64,000 bases of DNA, taken from assembly GCA_965203445.1 (NCBI GenBank), contig OZ241883.1:576001-640000 (forward strand), written 5' to 3'. This stretch comes from Candidatus Oxydemutator sp. (GTDB taxonomy: Bacteria; Pseudomonadota; Gammaproteobacteria; Poriferisulfidales; Oxydemutatoraceae). The position numbers and the translations under genes were made by a program. Of this stretch, positions 41,622-51,700 are shown piece after piece (the first letter of the stretch is position 1; every line of letters begins with the position of its first letter). Below the pieces are notes generated by a model. That model did not search any database and was not told the DNA's origin. It saw only the letters and a list, made by a program, of their open reading frames with translations.

Positions 41622-41627
41622 ACCGCC
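41622..41627 (-). promoter_or_regulatory. Shine-Dalgarno-like GGCGGT 6 nt upstream of ATG 41615
   Basis: One mismatch to GGAGGT at typical spacing. Such matches are common in GC-rich DNA. Confidence 0.35.
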
Positions 41628-41765
41628 GAGCGTTCACGCTTTCGCGCACTTTCCCGTGACCGGCGGCAACGCGTTGGGAGCAGTCGCTTGCGACAAGATG
41701 GATGCAGGTGCGCCCGATACGGACGGCACGTGCCTAAGGCCAGGGAAATGAGATACCATGCTAAT

Positions 41766-41789
41766 AGGGAACTATAGGCTATATGCCCT
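41766..41789. promoter_or_regulatory. Imperfect dyad AGGG-CA-TATAG-C-CTATA-GTT-CCCT (possible operator or leader hairpin)
   Basis: Seen on the minus strand about 27-50 nt downstream of the extended -10 box. Confidence 0.3.
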
Positions 41790-41815
41790 GATCCATGAAA
41801 ATGGGCGATTGGGGA

Positions 41816-41824
41816 ATTATATCA
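41816..41824 (-). promoter_or_regulatory. Extended -10 sigma70-type promoter element TGnTATAAT for gene B
   Basis: The minus strand reads TG-A-TATAAT, a perfect extended -10 consensus, inside the only AT-rich stretch of the window and oriented toward gene B. No good -35 at 17-bp spacing. Confidence 0.55.
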
Positions 41825-41927
41825 AGCAGTTAGATCAATTCCATTCCGACTCCTGACAAATAAATACAAGTTATTGTTCCCCCTTGCTTTTATAATCATT
41901 CCGGGAAATGACCAAGCCGGCCATTGC

Positions 41928-42713
41928 CTAATGCACCGAAAACGTCCTGCGCCGACCCTTGTTCTCTATCACGAAATACCGATCGGCGGACAACACCTCG
42001 CCGTCAAAGTCCACGTCCGCGTCCACCGCGTAATGGCCGGCCGCGGCCGCGGCGCGGTAGTCGGCCACGCCCAGCGACGTCAGGTTGTACACGCGTATCA
42101 ATACCTCGTCTCGCTCATCAATCACGCCGTTTCGATCCACGTCGCCCGCGACCATCGCATACCTGCCTGCCCCCACTGCGATCTGCCCGTCCCCGTGCGA
42201 CTGCCCGACGCGAAAGTCCACGCAGTAGTCCGCCTCGCAATCGGCGCCCGTGGTCGCGGCCGCCGGCACCGCCGACATCACCGGCAGATGGTTGCGGTGG
42301 TGGATCAGCACGTACAGGTGCTCGCCTTCGGGCGGCTTCAGCTCAAAGCGCACGCCGTCCAATGACAGCGCGTCCGCCACCGACGACGCCGCCTCGTTTA
42401 TCCCGGCGATGCGACCGTCGCTCAACAGCAGACCCGCGGCGCGACCGCCCGTCGACGGCCGCGACGACGCGGCCGCGGTCGTGCTCTGGCCGGTGCGCAA
42501 CTCCACCAGCACCCAGTCCACTATCGTCGAGGTTACCCCGGCCAGGCCAACCGCCGCGCCCGCGTGCGGCACCGTCGTCGTCACCGGGTGCCCCCACGGC
42601 AACGCGCCGTACGGCTGGCGCCTCGGCAACAAGTTTGCCAAGTCGCTCCTCATGCGGCGGGTTTCGGCAAGCAACGCCCCCTGCAAAACCACTCGCGCGT
42701 CCACCACTACGAC
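41928..42713 (-). other. Non-repetitive C-terminal domain (~260 aa) with a terminal dockerin-like duplicated Ca-binding loop
   Basis: RVVLQG...LPRRQPY...IVDWVLVELR...GLLLSDG...YVLIHHRNHLPVMS...VDF..., then GDVDRNGVIDERD (42146-42108) and ADVDFDGEVLSAD (42020-41982), matching the DxDxxGxxxxxD dockerin/EF-hand loop pattern twice. Confidence 0.65.
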
Positions 42714-45700
42714 CCTCTCGCTGAAAATGCCGACGTCTGCGAACGACGGCGTTCCCAGCTCCGCTACATGGGTGACGCAATTCGGGCAGCCCGTCAGCCT
42801 CAAACGGAAGCGCTCGCGGCCCTCATTCTCCAACTGGTCGCTCGCCACGCGCACCGCTATCGTCGCCGTGCCCGTCTCATTCAACGTTACGCTCCCGGTG
42901 AACGGCAGCGAACCCACCGAGCGCGCGTCGGCGGCGCGCCCCGTTACGGTCACGGAAGCCAGGTCCTCGTGCGTCAAACCCCCGGAGGCGGCGGTAATCT
43001 CATATTCCACGACCACCGCCCGATCACCGCCGCCGCGCAGCGTGATCGTGAACGTCGCGGTAGTGTTTTCGCTCACCGTCGCGGACCTCGCCGCCACCGT
43101 TATCGGATCATTGACCGCTATCGTCGTGCGCGCGACGGTGCTCGGCACGCCCAAACGTACGTCAGCCGGCGCCCCCGTAAGCCTCGCGCTGCTCAACGTA
43201 ACCGCCAGCACCTCGGGCGGTTCGATAACGCCGTCGGCGCGCACCCTCAACACAAACGACGCGCTGGCGGCGCCGGCTGCGATGACCACGTTGCCCGCGG
43301 TGGTGCCGACAAAGTCGTCGGCGTCGACTTCGCCGCCCACCGCCCAGCTCCAACGCGCGCTCACCCCCGGCGGCAAGGCCTCCGGCAAGCGCACCACGTA
43401 ACTCGCGGTGCCACCTTCCACCACCACCGTGCTGCCGGCGAGCGTCGGCGCAAGAATTACCCGCGGCTGCGTCTGCTGCTGCGACGTGCGACGCGCCGCC
43501 TGCGTGTCGGTAGCGCCGCCGAACACCAACACCGGGTAATCGAACACGCCGCCGAAATCCCACGGCGCGTCGTCGTTGTAGTCGCCGTCGCGTCCCTGAT
43601 CCAGGCCGTCCACGTTCAATTTGTCCCAGCCCTCGTAGATGGTGCCCGCGGCCGTGGTCGGGACGCGCAACTGGTTCGACGTCTTCGAGGTGTTGTCCGG
43701 ACTCAGCACGTTCGATCCGCAGCAGTCACTTTGGACGCTGCGCTCTCGGTCAAAATAACTGGACTCCACCACGGCGCCGACCATCCTGTTCCCTATCAAG
43801 CCGCCGACTATGCCGCTCCCCGTCGGTTTGCCGACCGAGTAACTGGCGCTCACCACCGACGCGACACCGGCCTCGCCCACCAGACCGCCCGCGTTGGCTC
43901 CCTCTGCATGCACTTCCACGCCGGCGTAACTCGCTACCAACCCGCCGTAATTACCCCCTATCAAGCCACCCACCGCCCATACGCCGGATATGCGACCGCC
44001 ACTGACGTAACTCGCCACCACTTTGCCCTCGTTGCGGCCGACCAGCGCTCCTATATAAGTACTGTGATCACCCAGGGATATCCACGCGTCGCGCAAGCCC
44101 ACGTTGCGGACCGTGCCAACGGCGCCGACGGCGCCGAACAAGCCCGCGTGAGACAGCCGTCCACCCCTGACCACCCGCAGATTGCTGATGACGTGGCCGT
44201 TGCCTTCAAAAACCGCGGTGTAATAATTATCCAGAAGGCTGTCCCCTCCCCCGCCCAGCGGCGTCCAGCCCGCGCCCGGGGCCGGGTTCACGCTGGACAA
44301 ATCCAGGTCGGCCGATAACTCGTAGCCGGTGCACGTGCTCGGACAGGTCTGCTTCGCGTCGAAAAAGGGAAACGCCGCGAAATAAGCGAGTCTGTTCGCC
44401 TTGCCCACCACGCCCGCTATCCCGGCACCGCCCAGGTCATAGCGGATTGCCGCCAACTGCGACGTCGTCGCCACGTCTATCAAGGTGTCGTTGTCGTCGT
44501 CGTAGTCGGTGCCGTCGCTCAACTCGATCGTGGTCCTGATGGAAACCGGCCCGCCTATACTCACGTCCGCGGGCACCCCCGTGAGCCTCGCGTCCGTCAA
44601 CGTTACCACCAGAACCTCGGACAACTCGGGCTCGCCGTCAGCGCGCACTATCAACAAAAACGACGCACTGCTCGCGCCGGCTTCGATGACCACGCTGCCT
44701 GCGGTCGTGCCGACAAAGTCGTCGGCGTCGACTTCGCCGCCGCCCACCGCCCAGCTCCAACTCGCGCGCGCCCCCGCCGGCAAGGCCCCCGGCAAGCGCA
44801 CCACGTAACTCGCGGTGCCACCTTCCGACACCACCGTGCTCCCGGTGAGCGTCGGCGCAAAATCTACCTCCGGCTGCGCCTGCTGCTGCGACGTGCGACG
44901 CGCCGCCTGCGTCTCGGTAGCGCCGCCGAACACCAGCACCGGATAATCAAACGCGCCGCCGAAATCCCACGGCGCGTCGTCGTTGTAGTCGCCGTCGCGT
45001 CCCTGATCCAGGCCGTCCACGTTCAACCGGTCCCAACCCTCGTAGATGGTGCCCGCGGCCGCGGTCGGGGCGCGCAACTGAGCGGAAGTCCTGGGCGCGT
45101 CGTCCGTGGCCGGCACATGGCTGCCGCAACAATCGGACTGACCGCTGCGCCCTTCGTCAAAATAGCTTACCTGTATCGTACCGGAACTATGATCCCCCAC
45201 CAGACCGCCGGATGGAAATCCCGACGGGCTGCCGCCGTCCCCGGTCAGCCTCGAAACCGCGTAGCTGGCGCTGACTATGCCCCCCTTCGAAACGCCGCCT
45301 ATCAACCCCCCCACGCTTTCCCCTGGCGACCGCTGATTCACCGGCACGTCCGTATAACTGGCAATCACGACGCCCCCGTCCAATTTGCCCACCAGACCGC
45401 CCAAGGCCCAACCACCGTGCACTTGTCTGACGTCGCCCACCACGTAACACGCCGCCACTTTGCCCGCGTTGTACCCCGCCAGCGCGCCCGCCCCTATACT
45501 TCCGCCGGGCACGTCCGTATGCACGTTGTTCAAACCCACGTTGCGGATCCTGCCTGTGACGCCCACGGCACCAAAAAAGCCCACGCTATCGAAGCGGGCG
45601 GCTCCATTGTTTGCGCTGCGGATCGTTACATTGCTGATAACGTGGCCGTTGCCTTCAAAAACGGCCTGGTAACGCCGCTCCGGGGGAACGTAGTTCCAGG

Positions 45701-48700
45701 GAGCCTGTGTAATCCCCCCGCCTATCGGCTCCCAGTTCGGTATGCTGGACAGATCCAGGTCGGCCGACAACTCGTAGCCGGTGCACGTGGTAGGACAGGT
45801 CTGCAACTGACCGAAAACGGGAAACGCATCCAGATATTCGTCCCTGTTCGCATCGCCGCTCACGCCCGTCAGCCCGGCGCCGCCCAGGTCGTGGCGGATC
45901 GCCGCCAACTGCGACGTCGTCGCCACCTCTATCAAGGTGTCATTGTCGAGGTCGTAGTCCACCTCGTCGCTCGCCTCGATGATGGTCATCACGGAAACCG
46001 GCACGCCTAAACGCGCACGCGCGGGCGCCCCCGTCGGCATCGCGCTGCTCAACGTTACCACCATGACCTCGGAAAACTCAGGGATAGCGTCATCAAACAC
46101 CTCCACCGAAAACGACGCGCTGACGGCGCCGGAACCGATGACTACGACGCCGGTCGTGCCAACGAAGTCGGCGATACTAACCTCGTCGCCGCCCACGACC
46201 CAATCCCAACTCACGGTCGCCCCCGCCGGCAAGACCTCCGGCAAACTCACCACGTAACTCGCCGCCTCGCCTTCCGACACCGTCACGCTCCCGGTGAGCG
46301 TCGCCGCAAGAATTACTTGCGGCTGCGCCTGCTGCTGCGACGTACGGCGCATCGCCATAGTCTCGGTAGCGCCGCCGAACACCAGCACCGGATAATCAAA
46401 CACGGTGCCGAAATCCCACGGCGCGTCGTCGTTATAGTCGCCGTCGTCTCCCTGATCCACGTCGTCCACGTGCAACTTGTCCCAACCCGCGTAGAGGGTG
46501 CCCACCGCGGTGGTCGGGGCGCGTAACTGGTGTGACGCCCTCGATCCGCAGCAACCACTCTGGCGACTGCGCTCCCGGTCAAAATAACTGGACTCCACCA
46601 CGGCGCCGGCCACCCGGTTCCCTATCAAACCGCCAATCGGGTAAATCCCCGTCACTCTCCCGACCGAGTAGCTGGCGCTCACCACCGACGCGCCACCGGC
46701 TTCGCCTATCAGACCGCCCACGTTAGCTCCATCTGCACGCACTTCCACGTCGGCGTAACTCGCCACCAGCCTGCCGGCGTAATGACCCCCTATCAAACCG
46801 CCCACCCCCGCATTGCCGGATACGCGACCGCCAATGACGTAACTCGCCAACACTTCGCCCTCGTTGTCTCCCACCAGCGCACCTATAAACAAGCTATCAC
46901 CACCCATTTCCACCCGCGCGTTGTGCAAGCCCACGTTGCGGATCACGCCGCCGGCGCCCACCCTGCCGAACAAACCTATCTGCCACTCCCCGTCCCTGGC
47001 CACCCGCAAATTGCGGATGACGTGGCCGTTGCCTTCAAAAACGGCGGTGTAAGCATCCCCCGGCACGGCACGCGGAACCCCCCCGCCCAGCGGCGTCCAG
47101 CCTGGGCCCGGGGCCGGGTTCACACTGGACAGATCCAGGTCGGCCGACAACTCGTAGCCGGCGCACGTGCCCGGGCAGGTGCGCGTCTCGTCGTAACGGG
47201 GAAACGCCGCCAGATAAGCCCGATAAGCGGCCTCGTTGGCACTGCTCACGCCCGCCAGCCCGGCACCGCCCAGGTCGTGGCGGATCGCCGCCAACTGCGA
47301 CGTCGTCGCCACCTCTATCAAGTTGTCGTCGTCGGCGTCGTAGTCTATCTGGTCGCTCGCCTCGATGGCGGTCATCACGGGAACCGGCACACCCAAACTC
47401 ACGCGCGCGGGCACCCCCGTGAGCCTCGCGCCCGCCAACGAGATCACCAGAACCTCGGAAGGCTCGGGGGCGTCGTCATCGAGCACCGTCACCGAAAACG
47501 ACGCGCTGACGGCACCCGAGGCGATGGCCACGTTGCCGGTCGTGCCGACAAAGTCGTCGGCGTCGACGTCGCCGCCCACCGACCAATCCCAACTCGCGCG
47601 CACCCCCGCCGGCAAGACCAGCGGCAAGCGCACCACGTAACTCGCGGTGCCGCCTTCCGACGTGGTCTCGCTGCCGGTGAGCACCGGCGTAAGAATTACC
47701 CTCTGCGCCTCCTGCTGCGACGTGCGGCGCATCGCCCTGGTTTCGGTAGCGCCGCCGAACACCAGCACCGGGTAATCAAACACGCCGCCGAAATCCCACG
47801 GCGCGTCGTCGTTCAAATCGCCGTCGTCCGCCCGAGCCACGCCGTCCACGTTCAACCTGTCCCAACCCGCGTAGAGGGTGCCCGCGGCGGTGGTCGGGAC
47901 GTGCAACTGGTGCGACGGCCTCGAAGTGTCGTCCGGACTCAGCGGATGCAATCCACAGCAACGACTCAAGCCGCTGCGCTGGCCGTCAAAATAACTTGAT
48001 TCCATCACGGCGCGGATGTGCCTGCTCCCTGTCAAACCGCCAACCGCGTTGCGCCCCGTCAGGGTGCCGACGAAGTAACTGGCGCTCGTCACCGACCCGT
48101 AACCGGCTTGGCCTACCAGACCGCCCACGTCTACATCGGCATGCACGTCCACCGCGGCGTAACTCGCCACCAGCCTGCCGCCGCGATGATCCCCTATCAA
48201 GCCGCCCACGCTGTCCACCGAGGGTCCGCCTATGCGACCGCCAATGACGTAACTCGCCGCCACTTCGCCCAGATTGAACCCCACCAGCGCACCTATACCT
48301 CGGCCATCATTACTCAGACTCACCCGCGCGTTGCGCAAGCCCACGTTGCGGATCCTGCCGTCGGCACCCACGGCGCCGAACAAACCCATGCTAAGCGACT
48401 GCCTGTCCCTGACCATCCGCAGATTGCTGATGACGTGGCCGTTGCCCTCGAAAACAGCGGTGTAGCGCTCCTGTCCTAGAAGATCCCTGATACGGCTGAC
48501 CTCGCCGCCTATCGGCGTCCAGCCTGGGCCCGGGGCCGGGTTCACGCTGGACAGATCCAGGTCGGCCGACAACTCGTAGCCGGTGCACGTGCTCGGACAG
48601 GTCTGCGGCGCGCCGAAAAGGGGAAACGCCGCAAAATAAGCGGATTTGTTAGTCTTGCTCACGCCCGCTATCCCGGCACCGCCCAGGTCGTAGCGGATCG

Positions 48701-51700
48701 CCGCCAACTGCGACGTCGTCGCCACCTCTATCAGGGTGTCGTCGTCCTCGTCGTAGTCTATCCCGTCGCTGAACTCGATCGTGGTGCTGACGGGAAGCGG
48801 CACGCCCAAACCCACGCCCTGCGGCGCCCCCGCGAGCCTCGCGTTGCTCAACGCAACCACCATGACCTCGGGCATCTCGATCTCGCCGTCGGCGCGCACC
48901 CTCAACACAAACGACGCGCTGGCGGCGCCGGCTGCGATGACCACGCTGCCTACGGTGGTGCCGACAAAGTCGTCGGCGTCGACTTCGCCGCCGCCCACCG
49001 CCCAGCTCCAACGCGCGCTCGCCCCCGCCGGCAAGGCCGCCGGAAAGCGCACCACGTAACTCGCGATCCCACCTTCCGGCCCCGTCGCACTGCCGGCGAG
49101 CGTCGGCGTAAGAATTACCTCCGGCCGCGCCTGCTGCTGCGACGTGCGACGCATCGCCTCGGTCTCGGTAGCGCCGCCGAACACCAGCACCGGGTAATCA
49201 AACACGCTGCCGAAATCCCACGGTGCGTCGTCGTTCAAGTCGCCGTCGCGTCCCTGATCCACGTCGTCCACGTTCAACTTGTCCCAACCCGCGTAGATGG
49301 TGTCCGTCACCGTGGTGGGAAAAAGCAACTCGGTCGACGTCTTCGATGTGTTGTCCGGACTCGGCGAATTCCTTCCGCAGCATCTGCTCTGGCCGCTGCG
49401 CTCTTTGTCAAAATAACTGGACTCCACCACGGAACCGGTAACCCTGCTCCCTATCAAACCATTGGCCGATGCCCCCGTCGGTCTGCCGATGGAGTAACTG
49501 GCTGTCACCGCCCCCTCGGAGTGGTCTGAACCCACGAGGCCGCCCGCGTTCGCCCCACCTGCATGCACTTCCACGTCGGCGTAACTCGCCACCACCTCAC
49601 CGCCATTGATTCCTATCAAGCCGCCCACCGAGATTCCGCCGGATATGCGACCGCCACTGACGTAACTCGCCGCCACTTTGCCCTGGTTGGTTCCCACCAG
49701 CGCACCGGCACCCTCGCTATCACGACCCAGGCTCATCCGCGCGTTACGCAAGCCCACGTTGCGGATCCTGCCGCCGAGGCCCACGTTGCCGAACAAACCC
49801 ACGTGAAACCATCGTTCATGTACGTTCCTCACCACCCGCAGATTGCTGATGACGTGGCCGTTGCCTTCAAAAACCGCGGTGTAAACATCCCCCGGAAGGT
49901 CTTCCAGCCTGACGCCCCCGCCTAGCGGCGTCCAGTCCGGGATGCCGGACAAGTCCAGGTCGGCCGACAACTCGTAGCCGGTGCACGTGCCCGGACAGGT
50001 CTCCATCTCGTTGTAATGGGGAAACGCCGCCCGATAAGCCCGATAAGCGGCCTCGTTCGCACTGCTCACGCCCGCCAACCCGTCACCGCCCAGGTCGTGG
50101 CGGATCGCCGCCAACTGCGACGTCGTCGCCACCTCTATCAAGGTGTCATTGTCAAGGTCGTAGTCCATCTGGTCGCTCGCCTCGATCGTGGTCATCACGG
50201 AAACCGGCACGCCTAAACGCGCACGCGCGGGCGCCCCCGTCGGCATCGCGCTGCTCAACGTTACCACCATGACCTCGGACAACTCGGTCACGGCGTCTGC
50301 GCGCACTGCCACCGAAAACGACGCGCTGACGGCACCGGACGGGATGACCACGCTGCCTGTCGTGCCGACAAAGTCGGCGATGCTGACCTCGTCGCCGCCC
50401 ACGACCCAATCCCAACGCACGCTCGCCCCCGTCGGCAAGACCTCCGGCAAACTCACCACGTAACTCGCCGCCTCGCCTTCCGACACCGTCACGCTCCCGG
50501 TGAGCGTCGCCGCAAGAATTACCTGCGGCTGCGCCTGCTGCTGCGACGTGCGGCGCATCGCCCTAGTCTCGGTAGCGCCGCCGAACACCAGCACCGGATA
50601 ATCAAACACGGTGCCGAAATCCCACGGCGCGTCGTCGTTCAGATCGCCGCCGCCCGCCCGAGCCACGTCGTCCACGTTCAACTGGTCCCAACCCGCGTAG
50701 AGGGTGCCCGCGGCCGTGGTCGGGACGCGCAACTGGCTCGACGTCTTCGAGGTGTCGTCCGGACTCGGCGGATTCACTCCGCAGCAACGACTCAGGCCGC
50801 TGCGCTCGCCGTCAAAATAACTTGATTCCACCACGACGTCGCGATGAGCGATCCCTATCAAACCGCCGACCGTGCCACCCGTCAGTCTGCCGACCGAGTA
50901 ACTGGCGCTCACCACCGACGCGGCGCCGACTTCGCCTATCAGACCGCCCGCGCCACTTGCATTTGTATGCACTTCCACGTCGGCGTAACTCGCCACCAGA
51001 CTGCCGAAATGACCCCCTATCAAACCGCCCACCTCAAATACGCCGGATATGCGACCGCCGATGACGTAACTCGCCGCCACTTTGCCCAGGTTGATTCCCA
51101 CCAGCGCACCGGCAAATCGGCCGCCACTACCCAGGCTCACCTGCGCGTTGCGCAAGCCCACGTTGCGGATCCTGCCGTCGCGACCCACGGTGCCGAACAA
51201 ACCCATGCTGAACCAATGCCCGTCCCTGACCATCCGCAGATTGCTGATGACGTGGCCGTTGCCCTCAAAAACAGCGGTGTAGATCCCCCCCAGAAGCTCC
51301 CCGAAACTGCTGACCCCGCCGCCCAGCGGCGTCCAGCCCGGGCCCGGGGCCGGGTTCACGCTGGACAGATCCAGGTCGGCCGACAACTCGTAGCCGGTGC
51401 ACGTGCCCGGACAGGTCTCCATCTCGTCGTACAGGGGAAACGCCGCCAGATAAGCCCGATAAGCGGCCTCGTTGGCACTGCTCACGCCCGCCAGCCCGGC
51501 GCCGCCCAGGTCGTAGCGGATCGCCGACAACTGCGACGTCGTCGCCACCTCTATCAGGGTGTCGTCGTCGAGGTCGTAGTCTATCTCGCCTCTCGCCTCG
51601 ATGGTGGTCCTGACGGAAACCGGCACGCCTAAACTCACGCGCGCGGGCGCCCCCGTGAGCATCGCGTCGCTCAACGCGACCACCATGACCTCGGACAACT

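Noticed and set aside
41893-41913. Hairpin GGTCATT-TCCCGG-AATGATT after the gene A stop as an intrinsic terminator
   Set aside because: The stem is weak and AT-rich, with no U-tract following on the minus strand.
41874-42724. + strand ORFs 41874-42365 and 41924-42724 with TATAAT at 41891-41896
   Set aside because: They are antisense to the gene A C-terminal domain, with no recognisable protein features and no matching -35. An antisense transcript is possible but unsupported.
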